In this document: positions 12,500 through 24,881 of the stretch, piece by piece
Layout: each line of letters begins with the position of its first letter
Numbering within the stretch: the first letter of the stretch is position 1
Assembly (NCBI GenBank): GCA_963575745.1
Contig: CAUYUJ010000043.1
Coordinates: 62,001-119,164, forward strand
Reading direction: 5' to 3'
Source of the DNA: Prorocentrum cordatum
Lineage: Eukaryota
Length of the DNA stretch: 57,164 bases
The notes under the pieces: generated by a model
The model's input: only the letters and a program-made list of their open reading frames with translations
Database searches by the model: none
What the model was told of the DNA's origin: nothing
Translations under genes and position numbers: made by a program

Positions 12500-14100
12500 C
12501 CAAGCTTCCTCTTCATAGGCCCTTACAACGCTTCATTTCCATTGTTGGAATTGCCTCTCCGGAAGACAACCGTTTGAGGACCCTGAAGCATGCCAAAACA
12601 TTGTTCTCGGGATTCCAACGCCACGGATCAACCTGACTGTTGCGTCTTGACAATCCTGAACCGTGCCAGAAGGCCGTTCTTGGGACCTCAACACAGCGAA
12701 TCAACATGACTGTTGCGCCCGCATAATCTTGAACACGTTCAAAACACCATTTGTGACACGTTGATGATGTGAGGCCGTGAATCTTGCAGGTGTGCAAATG
12801 AATGTGCGCCGCGCTAAGGTGAGAGCCACATTTTGAAACGACCCGCCCTCAATCCGTGAAGCTGTGGCATTTTTTTGCAACGAGTGTGCGCCGCGCTAAG
12901 GCGAGAACTACATTTTGAAAGAACCGCCTTCAATCTTTGAAACCCTCGCATTTTTTTGTAACGAATGTGCGCGGCGCTAAGGCGAGAGCCACAGTTTGAA
13001 ACCAGCCCGCCCTCAATCCGCGAAGCCCTTGCACATGTTTACAAAAGGTGTGTGCCGTGCTAAGGCGAGAGCCACATGTTGAAAACCACCCGCCATCAAT
13101 CCGTGAAGTTTTTGCACCTTTTTGCAACGACAGTGCGCCGCGCTAGGGCGAGAGCCACCTGTTGAAAACGATCCACCATCAATCCGTGAAGCTCTTGCAA
13201 ATATTGAAACCAATGTGCGCCGCGCCAAGGCGCGAGCAACATTTTGAAAACGACCCGCCATCAATCCGTGAAACTCTTGCACAATTTTTAGAACGAATGT
13301 GCTCCGCTCTATGGCGAGAGCCACATTTTGAAAAAGACCTGCCCTCCATCTGTGAAGCTGTTGCCAATTTGGAGCTTCAGAATCATACAAGGTGAGGAAG
13401 TCTCAGGCGAAGCGCCCGGCCCGCTCTAAAATCTGGCCTCTGGGTGCGACAGGGAGTAGTTATTTATACGGAAAAGGAATTGAGAAGGATGAGGAGGACG
13501 AGTTGTTCCTTCCCTTCTTTGAAGGCCAAGACAGCAGGTTCCAATAACTTTGCTTGACGTCTTCTGGCAACTTTGGTGTGTACGAAGGAGTCCCAGAGGA
13601 AACAGGGATGTCGTTCGTGACAGCGTCGGCCTGCCCCGTGTGGTTGGTTGTGGCAGGTCCTGAAGAGGATGGCCAACCACACGCCGAAACGCTGAGGGCG
13701 AACTGGACCAGGGGTGCCCGAATAGTTGGGCATATTCAGTCCGAGACCAAAGGAGGATCCCAAGACCAAGATAATGCCGATTATATTGAACTTGTGTTGA
13801 CATGTAGTTGCTTTAATAATCCTTCCATTCAGAGTTGGCATGATGTTGCACTTGTTGTGACATGACATGCACATGACGGGATATCAGCCGAAGCTCTCCA
13901 GGAGCTCGTCTTCGGCGGCGCAGCCTTTTTCCCATCAGTCAGAGAGATTCTGGCATGCCTGCTGTGAAGTCGGCTCCGCCGTCCTGTGCTCCAGTCAGTG
14001 CTCTGGTCACGGGGGCGGGGGGTCAGACATTCAGGGAAAAAGTGGGCACTTGCGGCCAGTCCGCCAGGTGCCGACGGTGTCACGAAAGAGTGGGCAGTTG
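12500..14100 (-). pseudogene. Possible highly decayed ISXO2/Merlin-like DNA transposase fragments
   Basis: Minus-strand peptides GTWRTGRKCPLF (zinc-ribbon-like, about 14040-14080) and CKIHGL...CHK...RNSHVDSLC (12690-12795). The latter resembles the H..V.H...T..I(E/D)S.W tail of IS1595/Merlin transposases. Many frameshifts. Confidence 0.25.
12797..13365. repeat. Minisatellite with a unit of about 82 bp, about 7 copies
   Basis: TGTGCGCCGCGCTAAGGCGAGAGCCACATTTTGAAA...CCCGCC(C/A)TCAATCCGTGAA recurs near 12801, 12883, 12964, 13047, 13131, 13212 and 13296. Confidence 0.9.
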
Positions 14101-14476
14101 TTCCTTCCCTTCTGTGAAGGCCAGGACAGCAGGTTCAAATAACTTTGCTTGACATCTTCTGGCAACTTTGGCGTGTACGAAGGAGTCCCAGAGGAAACAG
14201 GGATGTCATTCGTGACAGCGTCGGCCTGCCCCGTGTGGTTGGTTGTGGCAGGTCCTGAAGAGGATGGCCAACCACACGCCGAAACGCTGAGGGCGAACTG
14301 GACCAGGGGTGCCCGAATAATTGGTCATACTCAGTCCGAGACCAAAGGAGGATCCCAAAACCAAGATGATGCCGATTATATTGCACGTGTGTTGACATGT
14401 AGTTGCTTTAAGAATCCTTCCATTCAGAGTTGGCATGCTGTTGCACTTGTTGTGATATGACAGGCAAGTGACGGGA
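13501..14476. repeat. Direct duplication of about 380 bp (13501-13881 and 14096-14476)
   Basis: Near-identical sequence at an offset of 595 bp; the ORF translations at 13554 and 14149 almost match. Confidence 0.9.
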
Positions 14477-14477
14477 C

Positions 14478-14995
14478 GAGGAGGAGGACGAGGAGGATGA
14501 GGAGGAGGACGAGGAGGAGGAGGATGAGGAAGAGGAGGAGGGGGGAGGACGAGGAGTAGTAGTAAATGATAAGGATGAGGAGAAGGTCGAGGAGGATGAG
14601 GATGCGGATGATGATGCGGATGATACTGATGGTGGTGCTGCTGATGGTGATGATGACGACGACGATATTGATGACGATGGTGACGATGCTGCTGCTGATG
14701 ATGATGATGATTCGGACGATTATGGTGATGATGATGCCGATGATGGTGATTCTGGTGATGTCGATGCTGATGATGATATTTCTGATGCGAATGATGTTGA
14801 TGATGATGCTGGTGATGCTGCTGATGATGATGCGGATGGTGATGATGATGATGGTAGTATGTTGCTGCTGCTGCTGATCATGCCGGTGATGATGCTGACG
14901 ATAATGATGATGATGATGATGAAGAGGAGGAGGAGGAGGAGAAGGATGATGAGGAGGAGGAGGAGAAGCTGGAGGAGGAGGAGCAGGAGGGGGAG
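14478..14995. repeat. (GAG)n/(GAT)n low-complexity tract
   Basis: Read directly from the sequence. Confidence 0.9.
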
Positions 14996-15649
14996 GGCCT
15001 GCACTCTGCTTGAATTCCAAGCCTCTCGGCACCCCGCTCTTGCCCACACGGTGGGCTCGGGCTCACCGCGTGGGCCCCCCCTCTGCCACGTAGGAGGCCC
15101 GTGGCGCTTTGCCTGGTGCGCGGCTGCTGCCGCACCGTCGTTGACCTCCTCGGATACTGCTGCCCCTCGGCTGTGCGCTCGCTCCCTCCTCCGTCTTGGA
15201 GTCGGCTGCGGGTTTGAGGTGGCCCAGCACTGGTTCTGGCCAGCAGGAACTGGCGGGGGGCAGGTTCGATGTTCTGGGTTCCAGGATGTTTCTTGCCTTT
15301 TTTGGCCTCGGGGGGTTTTGTCGGCTCCCCACACCGTCAAAAACAGACCCGGGGTGAAAAACTACACCAGATCGACCCCGGGAGGGGCCCGGGGGCCGAT
15401 TTTGAGCGGATTGGACCTCATTTCCCCCCATTCCCTCGGGGCCCAGTCAGCTCAGACTCCCTGGCCCCCTTCGTGATAGCCAGCTCCAGAGAATCGTACC
15501 GCATCGCCGATGCATCGGCGCTGCGCGGGAGTGTGGCCTGGAAGTGCATTGGACTGCCTCGATCACGTCGACTGCTGGCTCTTTGCTGCTGGATCTTCTT
15601 TGACGGCAAGTTCGTGGACGCATCGCCGATGCGGCCGATGCGCCAGCAC

Positions 15650-15811
15650 TAGGTCGGGCGTGTCCTTCTACAGGCGGATTTTGGGCGACAAATGACAGCA
15701 CATATGCTAAACATATTCCCAACAGATGGACAAATAGTCAAACATCGTCCCCATACTATTTTTCTTAACCGTTTTTGAATAATTCTCCTGTGGAGGGACG
15801 TGCCCGACTTG
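15650..15811. mobile_element. MITE-like element, copy 1 (inverted ends TARGTCGGGCRTGTCC...ACAGG)
   Basis: Imperfect terminal inverted repeats of about 25 bp, AT-rich interior, about 160 bp long. Confidence 0.75.
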
Positions 15812-15865
15812 ACGCCAGCGATGCGGCGTGATCCTCCGGCCTTGCCCGTGCGGCCTTCGTGACAG

Positions 15866-16020
15866 GCGGGTGCGGGACGTGGTGATCTTGGCGTGCGCCG
15901 TGGACGCGGCGGACAAGGCGCTGCTCCCCGCCACCTTCAAGGCGCTCTCGGAGATGATGGACGCGGGGCCCGCGCGGTTGAGCGTCCTCGCCTTCGCTCA
16001 GAGCGTGTCCTTCTCCCTAG
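15866..16020 (+). CDS. MFS transporter, first visible exon (RVRDVVILACAVDAADKALLPATFKAL...FAQSVSFSL)
   Basis: CAG|G acceptor at 15864-15865. The D..D..LLPA TM1 motif matches spinster-like/plant-type MFS proteins. The reading frame continues into the exon at 40254. Confidence 0.75.
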
Positions 16021-16909
16021 CTCGGGGGCGGCCAAGGGGGGGTGATGCCAGGGGGGGGGGGGAATGGAGGCGGCGTCCACGATACCTCCCCAGATTTCAT
16101 GGCGCCCCTTCTTGTTTCATGACGTCCTTGGCCTCGCCCCTGGGCCACGCACATGCCGCCGGCCATGCTTTGCGCCCCCCCCCACCTTGGACGCCCCCCT
16201 CGTGGCCGCCCCCGACCAGTCGCCGATCGGAGCGGTGCCCGCGCCCCCAGGGAGGGGGAGGGGGAGGGGGAGGGGAGGGGGAGGGGGAGGGGGAGGGGAG
16301 GGGGAGGAGGAGGAGGAGGAGGGAGGAGGGGGGGAGGAGGCGGAGGGGGAGGGGGAGGGGGAGGAGGAGGAGGAGGAGGAGGAGGAAGAGGAGGAGGAGG
16401 AGGAGGAGGAGGAGGAGGAGGAGGAGGAGGAGGAGGAGGAGGAGGAGGAGGAGGAGGAGGAGGAGGAGTAGGAGGAGGAGGAGGAGGAGGAGGAGGAGGA
16501 GGAGGAGCCTGGATTCCAGCCTCGGGGGCCCGTCGTCGGGCCGGGGGGGGCACCAAAAATGGACCCGGGACGAAAACACACCCCCGTGGAAGGGCTCGGG
16601 ACCTCTGGGGTCATCAGGGGGGCACCTGAGGGAGGGAGACAGGGGAGGAGGCAAGCTAGGCGTGCAAGCGTCATAGCAGACGCTCTACCCCCCTACCATG
16701 CCATACCCTTGCGTAGACCTCTCTATTGGCACAGTCGGATGTCGAACAGGGCAATGATCCCGAGAGGGTACGGGATGCACGGTCTAGCATTGCATGGCAT
16801 GACACGTGTCGAGAACGCGATTCATGTCGACAACAAGGTCAGAGGGACACCAGAAACGACACAGGACGGAGAACGCAAATGGACAGTTTGGAAAATGGGA
16901 GGCGCACAG

Positions 16910-17100
16910 TGAGATCAGTGCTGCAGCGGGAGCATGATTTTGAAGGACCGAGGCTGCGAAACGAGACCAGCGCTGCAGTGGGAACACGATTTGGAATGAC
17001 TGGGAGCGTGGAGGTCAGCGCTACAGCGGGAACATGATTTGGAAGGATTGGACACGGGACAATTGAGCCAACGCTGTAGCGGGAGCGACATTCTGAAAGG
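16910..17100. repeat. Short degenerate tandem repeat (CAGCGCTGCAGCGGGAACATGATTTGGAAG)
   Basis: About four degenerate copies at roughly 50-55 bp spacing. Confidence 0.6.
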
Positions 17101-17329
17101 ACAGAAAAGGTTCGGATGGTAAACCACATATTAGTGAGACATTCGGCGGCACTATGTGTGTAACAAACAATACGCGGAGTAGGCCAGGACCTATCACCGC
17201 CGTCTTTGGGGGAGAGAGGAAATAGTTATTCATCTTGTGTTCTAGTCAAGGGAGGAAAGGGAGGAAAGGGAGGAGGAGGAGGAGGAGGAGGAGAAGGAGG
17301 AGGAGAAGAAGGAGGAGGAGGAGGTGAAA

Positions 17330-17699
17330 GTGGAGGCCTTTCGGGGGCCTCTTGGAGCCCTCTTGGGGCGTCCTGGGGGCTTCCTGGGAGCCTCTTCGGG
17401 GCCTCTTGGGGCCTCTAAGGGGCCCTGTCCGTCGACTGCCTCCTTTGGGGGGCTCTCTGGACCGCCTTGGGGCCTTGCCTGGGCGCTCTAGGGCCGCCTC
17501 GGAGGTCTCCGGCGCCGCCTCAGGGCCCCCTTTGGGGCCGTTTCGGGAGTCGCTCGGGCTGCCTTTGGGCCCTCCTGGCCCCTCTTATGGCCCTCTTGGG
17601 GGGCTGCTGGGGCCGTCTGGGGGCCATCTTGGAGGCCATATTGGCCGTCTCGGAGGCCACCGTGGGCCACGTGGGCCCTCTTGCAGCCACCCGGGCCGG

Positions 17700-17740
<41 letters not shown>

Positions 17741-19140
17741 TAGCCTACCTCTTTTGGTGAGGCTTTGAGGGCGGCCAGTTGGATCGGCCGAGGGTTCAGG
17801 CACGCGAGATCTGGGCATGCCAGCGACTCCCTCGCGCAGGCAACAGGGATCGGCGGATCGAAGACTCCTACGGCGAATCACCGCCGCCCTCTGCCTTTCT
17901 TGAAACGCCTATGTGGCAGAACGTTGGGTTAGAGCTTGGCCAAGCTATCGGACCAGTGTTTCCCGAGTCGGTTTGGAAAGCCTTCGGGGGACACGTGGGG
18001 GAGGAGGAAGAGGAAGAGGGGGAGGAAAAAGGAGAGGGAGGAGGAGGCCTCTTGAGAGCCTCTTGAGGCACTCTTGAGCTCTATATTGGGCCATCTTGGC
18101 GGTTTCGGAGGCATGTTGGGACCGTCTTGAAGACCATATTGTGACTACCTTGCTCGTGCAGAAGGGAAAGAAGACGAAACAGATGATGAAGAGGAAGCGA
18201 AGGTGAGGGAGCCTCTTGGGTCATTCTTGGCGCGTCCTGGGAACTTCAGAGGAGTCTTTCGGAGGCATCTTGGGGCCGTCTTTTGGATCGAGGAGGAGGA
18301 GCAGGCTGGACGAGAAAGAGCAGGAGGAAGAGATTTCTTGGGAACTTCTTGGTAGCCCTCTGGAGAGGCCTCTCGGGAAGCCTCTGCGGAGCTTCCAGAG
18401 GTGTGTTGGCCATCTTGGCCCATCTTGAGCCGTCTTGGGGCCGTCTTGGGGCTGTCTTGGGGGCATCGTGGGCCATCATGGAGCCCTCTTGGGGCGGCCT
18501 GATCGAGCATGAGGCGATCTTGGGGGCCTCTTGGGCCGTCTTGGGCTGTCGAAAGGTCCAAAGGAAGCACATCCCAACATCTATCAAACACCTCAGGACA
18601 CCGATGACTTTTTGGCCTCTTCGGCCTCTCCTGGAGGACGTCTTGGAGGCCTCTGGGGCCATCTTGGAGGCACCTTGGGGCCATCTTGGTCGTCTTGGAG
18701 GACATCTTGGCTGACTAGGAGGCGTCTGGGAGGCCATCTTGGCCATCTTGGCCGCCTTGAGGACCATTTGGAGCCATCTTGGAGCCGTCTTGGGGCCGTC
18801 TTATGGGGCCTCTTGGGCCATCATGGGGCCATTTGGGAGGCCTCATGGGCGATCTTGGGGCGATCTTTAGGATCTCTTGGGCCGTCTTGGGCTGTCGGAA
18901 TGCCCAAAAGAAACACATCCCACAATCTATCAAACAACCTTGGGAACACCAATGTTGTTGGCCTCTTCGGGCTCTCCTGGAAGCCGTTTTGGAGGCCTCT
19001 TGGGCCGTCTTGGAGGCATGTTGGTGCCATCGTGGCCGTCTTGGAGGGCATCTTGGCCGTCTTGGAGGCATCTTGGAGACCATCTTGGGCCATCAGGGCG
19101 GTTTTGAAATCCATCTTGAGCCGTCTTGGGAGATTTCTTT
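17330..19140. repeat. Degenerate 10-bp-period satellite (GGCC(A/G)TCTTG / GGCCTCTTGG) with a (TA)n run at 17704-17738
   Basis: Read directly. A higher-order duplication links about 18470-18700 and 18825-19050, and a similar tract lies at 38800-39100. Confidence 0.8.
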
Positions 19141-19193
19141 GCGAGAACTACGCGCCCTTCGGGTGGCCGGGGGGACGGGCCGAAGCTCCAGGG

Positions 19194-19364
19194 TGTGGAA
19201 ACGCACCTCGTTTCGACGTTCATGTTCCTATCGGTTTAGCGTTCTGTTTTACTTGAACGTTACAGTTGCACTTGCAGTTGCGATCGAGTTCATGATTGTG
19301 ACTCTTGCAATCATACGTTGACTCAAGCTCATACAACCTCACCGCCATCGGTTCTGCTGCCACC
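19194..19364 (+). repeat. 5' LTR (TGTGG...CCAC)
   Basis: Colinear with 38480-38654, roughly 85% identical by eye. Confidence 0.9.
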
Positions 19365-19366
19365 GT

Positions 19367-19379
19367 TGGTAGAGGAGCC
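19367..19379 (+). promoter_or_regulatory. Primer-binding site TGGTAGAGGAGCC (probably tRNA-iMet type)
   Basis: TGG lies 2 nt after the 5' LTR and the site resembles TGGTAGCAGAG/TGGTATCAGAGC. Confidence 0.6.
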
Positions 19380-19699
19380 TCGTGGTGTGCTCGAGGCCGG
19401 GGGGCCCGGGCGATGAGGCGCCAGTTCGCGCCTTGCGCCGTGCTCGCGAGTTTGGGGCCTCTGCGAGGCCTTGCGCCCGCGTGAGCTCGATCAACGAGTC
19501 AGCAGAACGAGCAGAGGGAGCAGAGGGCGACGCAGCAGGAGAGGCGGGCAGCTGCAGGACCAGCCAACGACGATAATAAGTGGAGTGCTGATGAGTGGAA
19601 GTCCTGGCGCGATGACGGCTGGAAGGCCGACGGCGGAGACTGGAAGCAGAAAGAAGGATGGTACGTTGGCAACTGGACGGGCGACAGTTGGTGGTTGGT

Positions 19700-20760
19700 G
19701 GTCATCTCTTCCAGGACGTGGTGACTATTCAGATCCTCCTGCAAGGCCCGACTGGAGTCATTACCGCCAGTGGAAGCGAGCGATCCAGAGGTGGAATGCA
19801 AACACAGACTTGGCTGTATGGAGGAGATCGGAACAGTTGTTGAAAAGGATTCGGGTTGGCCATGCAAGTTCGAGGACCTGTCCGAGTACGCCCTGCAGGG
19901 GCCCGAGTGGCTGAACCTCGTCCTGGCACACATGGACCTGATGATCGGTGAGCGCGAAAGCGACGAGGTCAGGCGCTTGGGAAGGCGAGCAGCCTATGAG
20001 GCTAGCCGAGAGTCGCAGGAGACGCTCATCCAGTTTGCGTCGAGGCGCGAGGCGCAGCTCCTGGAGGCAGAGGGGCACGAGTTGTGGATGAGCGGGCGTT
20101 TTATAGGTCTGCTCTTAAAAGAGGGCGCCAGCCTCGCTCAGCAAGGCCTCCAGAACCTGAGGGCCTTGACTCGCGGATCGCTAGATTTCGGGCAAGTCTC
20201 GTGGGCTCTTGGGCAGATGGATTCGACGGGTTCTGAGCGCTTCCTCCCGAGCCGCCCACGCGCGCGCGTAGCCCTCGTTGCCGGTCAGGACGGCTTGCCC
20301 GAAGAGGCACGGCCATCGACAGGCGGCAGGCAGACGCCTTTGATTACGAAGATGAGCAGGACGGCGACGATGACGCTTCTTCTCTTTCTTCTGCAGCCGA
20401 GGCGGCACTGCTGGCCGAGATGGAAGAACTAGACTTGGACGAAAGCCAGCTTGACACGTACTTCGCCAGGCGTGCCCGGGGCTGAGGTCGCGGCGGTCAG
20501 AAGTCCCAGCGGCCCACGTGGAAGGAGAACAAGGACCTGAAGCGCGAGGCCAAGAGGGACAGGCAGTACTTCGGTTCTTGCTCGGAAGGAGAAGGGTGCT
20601 CATCCTCCGCCCGGCCGTTGCCGCGAGACACGGCCGGCCCGTGACGGGCCGCAGAGACCTCGTAGCAAGAGACCGTCCAAGGAGAGGTTGGCGCAGGTGG
20701 TCAACTGCGCGCGCTGCAAGAAGAAGGATCACTCCGAGGAGACTGGCAGAAGCAGCGGGG
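19700..20760 (+). pseudogene. Copia gag with degenerate CCHC knuckle
   Basis: HYRQWKRAIQRW...TDL, ORF 19770-20432 (QETLIQFASRRE) and NCARCKKKDH near 20703-20732. Confidence 0.65.
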
Positions 20761-20884
20761 GAAGAACGACGGAGGACTGGCCGCTGCCACTATCGCGCCG
20801 CCGGAGCGTGGAGTTTCAGGATATACGTTTACTGGGTGTACTCTCGAGAAGCAGGAGATCCCGGAGATCCAGGCCTGCGACTGG

Positions 20885-21300
20885 GTGAAGAGCGAGATGG
20901 ATCAGCCTGGAGCGACAGTGGCGCTGGCAGCCACGCCGGCATTGGCGCTGGTCGACTCGGTCGCAGGCAGCGACCTGATCGGCTACAACGCGCTGAACCT
21001 GACGGCCAGGGCACTGGCGCAGCGGGGCCTGGTTTACGCGGCGGCCCCCGACGCCCGGCACAGGGCGACGCGCGGCGTCGGAGGGGATGCCCGCCCAGTG
21101 AGCACGATCCTGTTTCCCATGTGTGTGGGCGGCGCCTTCGGTGTAGTGGAGACGACGGTGCTGCAAGAGGGTATCCCTCGTATTCTGTCCGCCCGGTTTC
21201 TTGATCTCTTGAAGTGCGTGATCGACCTGCCCGGGGGCGCCGTGCCGGGTGGCGTGCGAGACGCGTCCGCGGCGCTCAATCGCCCCCCGTCGGGTCATCG
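20885..21300 (+). pseudogene. Retropepsin-like aspartic protease
   Basis: LALVDSVAGSDLIG (variant of the D[S/T]GA motif) followed by IPRILSARFLDLLKCVIDL. Confidence 0.75.
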
Positions 21301-22309
21301 GCTGGCGTCAGTGGCGGGGCCCGCAAGTGGCGGCCCTGAACCGCCGGCGTCGGCCGTGCAGCGCTATTCGTTCTTGCGCAAGGATCCTTTCAAGGCCTCG
21401 CCTGACGGCGTCGCCATGATGAGCGAGAATGGCGAGGTAAAGCTGGATCGAGCGTACATCCTCCGTATTCTCTTCCGCCACGTCGCTATCTTGAGCGCGG
21501 TAAGTATGGCTTCTGCTACGGGGGGGCCAAGTGTTGGTCTGCGGTTTCTCGGCGTCCTGATCGTGGTAGGGTGTGCCGTTCCTATCGGGGTCTCTGCTCG
21601 GGTGAGATCCACGAGATTCTGGCTAGCGTCCTCGAGGGCCCAGGAGGCGCGCGCGTCTGGGGGTCCCTGCAGATCTGGAACGAGTTTTTCCGACCTGGCC
21701 CGAGGCGAGCTTAGTTGGCGCCCCCCCAGCGTTTCGCAGGGGCTTGGGATCGTCCGATAGACCCCCGCGGATCCCGATCCGGAGCGAGATGCAGCAGGAG
21801 CAGCTCATGCGGCTCTTCACGGGGCAGGGGCCGCCTCAGCAGGGCCTGGCAGAAGCCTGGCGGACAGGCGGCGACCCGTGGACGGCGCAGTCAGGGACGC
21901 CCGGGAAGATGTCTTTTCCGAGCGCCAGCTGGCTGGGGCAGGCAGTGCCGGCCGACGCGGATTGGGAGGAGCCAGTCGAAATGGTCGAAGACGACATCGA
22001 GTCGGCGTCAGCCAGCGCGATCGCCTGTGCCAAGCGGTCGCGGGGTTGTGCTGCCCAGCTTTCTCAGGCCGAGCGCCCGCTGTTGCGCCTGTTGGGGCGC
22101 GGCCTGCAGTCTCCCCTCTTCCTCCCGCCAGTTCTGAGGCCGAGGGTTCGGTGGCCGACTGGCTGGGGGGTGAGCGCTTCAACGACGATCGAGAGGTGTT
22201 CCTCGCGCGGGCCCAGGAAACTATGCTCTGAGTCTCGGTTGCCAGGTGCTTCCAGTTGTAGAACTGTCTCAGAGACCCAAAAAGACCAGTGCGACTCGAG
22301 CTGGATCGG

Positions 22310-22930
22310 TCCTCAAGGAGCTCTTTTCCCCATTCAGGATCTCGGCTGAGGTCGTCGTCGTGGGGGCCGCGCGGGAACTGTCGCGAGTTTCGATCTGCGG
22401 GGGGGATGGGGCTCCAGTGGCAAGGCCGACGTTCGCGCTATGTGGTGAATCCAAAAAGAAGAGGACCCCTTTTTATCTTCGCGATGTATCTAGAGTGTCG
22501 AGCCTACACTCTTCTGAATTATGTTAACGGTGACCGCAGTGACCCTGAGAAGTGGGAGAGAGTGCTCCGAGCCGGCCTCGGAGATCTCGAGTTGTGCATG
22601 GAGGTCGCCATGTGCCAGATCGAGCCAGGCCGTTACTTTCTGTGAACACCCGAGGTTCGCTCTCTCTTGGGTGGCGGCAATGGCGCAGCGTGCTGGGGCA
22701 GCCCGGAGTAAGACGTGTTCGAGTGGACATGTGCGCGTTCGGGTCCCAGGTCTCTTCCCTCGGTCTCAGTGAGAAGCCCGCGGGCTTGATGACTAACCCT
22801 GAGTCGCTGGCTCGGGTGATGTTTGAGCGATTCGCGCGCGTGCGCGGCCATTTTCACGTCGCCCTCGAGGATGGGCGACCATCCAGGGCCAGGGCCTACC
22901 CCATCAAGTTTGCCCAGACAGTGGTTCGAG
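22310..22930 (+). pseudogene. C5 cytosine methyltransferase-like domain within the copia polyprotein (frameshifted; PC motif not seen)
   Basis: In order: LKELFSPFRIS (motif I-like), GRYFL/CEHP...SW (motif VI-like), VDMCAFG, EKPAGLMTN (motif VIII-like), HVALEDG, ARAYPIKFAQTV (motif X-like). Confidence 0.55.
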
Positions 22931-23189
22931 TTACCGCGGAGGTCTGGCAAGGTGCCCCCAGCTGGCGGTCTAAGCGTGGCTCTGGAGTTTTCGGCTCCCG
23001 GGGCTTCCCTCGTCGCGCGGTCGGATTCAACTTCGGCTTTTTCTGTGCATGAGTCTGAGGAGCCCGTGGTGGCTGAGAGGGGCCTCCAGGGGCTTGACCT
23101 GGATCTCTCAGGAGACGAGCAGGAAGCTCGGCCACCGCTCCAGTTAAAGCCCAGCGTGCCAGATATCGAGCCGGACGAGACTGACGATC

Positions 23190-23873
23190 GAATAGTTCAC
23201 CATCTCCACCTTCATATGGGCCATCCGGACAATGGGAAGTTTCTCCGAGTGTTGCGGGCTGGGGGGATCAAGCCACACATCCTGCGGTGGATTCTCGTCA
23301 AGTGCGAGTTTAGTGAGTGTGCGGGGCGGGCTCGCATGGATATTCGTCCAAAGATAGCCCCTCCCCGCGCGTTCAGATTCAACCGCATCGTTGGCGCAGA
23401 TATGTTTCACTTGTCTTTCAAGGGAGAAGTGGTGCTCTTCCTCAATGTATTCGATCACGGCTCCAATTTTCAAGTCTGCAGTCGTGTGCTGGACGCAATG
23501 GCCGCTCGGTGTGGCGAGCCTTCTGCGCCTCGTGGGTCAGGCTCTTCGGACGCCCCCACCTGTTGATCATTGACGGGGGCCACGAATTGGAAGAGCGTTT
23601 CGCCAGGGGGTGATGCAGGCAGGGATTCTTCGCCGCGCGACCAATGCTGAGTCTCCCTGGGAGAGCGGGCGCGTGGAAAGGCACGGAGGATCGATCAAAT
23701 ATCGGATCGAGGCCGATATTGACGCCGGCTCGGATCTGCCTAAGGATGTGGAGGAGCTCGAGGCCCTAGTGGTGGAGCTCGTTAGCCATGAGAATAGGTT
23801 CTGGCGCCGCTGGGGTTTCGCCACTTCCAGCTCGCGTTTGGAGAAAACCCTCGGGTTCCTTGCGAGTTGTTGA
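23190..23873 (+). pseudogene. Integrase (HHCC and DDE core), frameshifted
   Basis: HLHLHMGHP...C...C, RFNRIVGADMF, LNVFDHGS, LLIIDGGHE and SPWESGRVERHGGSIK. Confidence 0.9.
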
Positions 23874-24637
23874 GCGACGATCATCTCGGCCTTCCCCGCT
23901 GGCAGGACGTTCTGAGGCTCCATTCCGAGTAGGCTCCCGCGGGGGCCGAGTTCGCTCGGTCCCAGGCTGTCCGAGACAAGGCGCGAGAGCTGGCCCTGAA
24001 GACAGCGGCTCAAGAGCAGATCCAGCGAGCGACCAAGGCGAATACCCCTCCTCTTCGTCAGTATGTCCAGGGCCAGTGGGTGTTCGTGTGGCGCCAGTTT
24101 CTCCCGTGTGTCGTCTCGGATTCGCTTGGGGTCCGACGCGGAGCCTGGTGTGGCCTTGGCATGGTTGTTTTGCGTGGGCACGGCACCGCGTGGGTGGGAA
24201 TGCGTGCCGGGCTCTGGAAGTGTTCTTCGCCCCGAATCCGGCTTGCCAGTCCGGGCGAGGAGCTGCGGGCGCGGCTGGCGGATGGCCCCCGGTGGCAGGA
24301 CCTGGTTCGACAGGCTGGGGCGCGCCGCGCCCCCAGTAGTAGGCGCGCGGCGAGAAGGTGAGCCGTCGGGAGACGCATGGAACCAACCCCTTCCCGCTAG
24401 CACCGCGGGGGTCGACCCGTTTTCCAATCCAGGCCCCCCCGAGGCGGCGGGCCTTAGCGGGCCCCGGGGTGACGCGGAGGACTCGGGTCTCTCAGACCCT
24501 CGGCGCAGGTATTTGTCCCTCGCTCCTCCTCCTCTTCTGAGCCCTGTCGCGACTCGTCTTCCGTGGGTCTCTGAGGAAGCGGAGGTGGCGCCTGATCTGT
24601 CTCGCTTTGTCTCGGATGATTCGGCTTCGAGTGCCGC

Positions 24638-24881
24638 GCCGCCAGAGCTTTCGGCCCCGTCGCCGGCTCCTTCGGTCCGTCTGAGTTGTCGCGCGCTTCG
24701 GCAGCCCGGCGACGCGCCAGTGTCGATCCGCCGTCAGCGAGAGCTTGTCCCCCCAGGGCCGCCAGAGCTTTCGGCCCCGTCGCCGGCTCCTTCGGTCCGT
24801 CTGAGTTGTCGCGCGCTTCGGCAGCCCGGCGACGCGCCAGTGTCGATCCGCCGTCAGCGAGAGCTTGTCCCCCCAGGGCCG
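24638..24881. repeat. Exact 120-bp tandem duplication in the copia INT-RT linker
   Basis: 24661-24760 is identical to 24781-24880, and the identity extends upstream to about 24638. Confidence 0.95.

Noticed and set aside
12797..13365. Possible CRISPR array
   Set aside because: The whole 82-bp unit is repeated with drift, there are no unique spacers or cas genes, and the context is eukaryotic.
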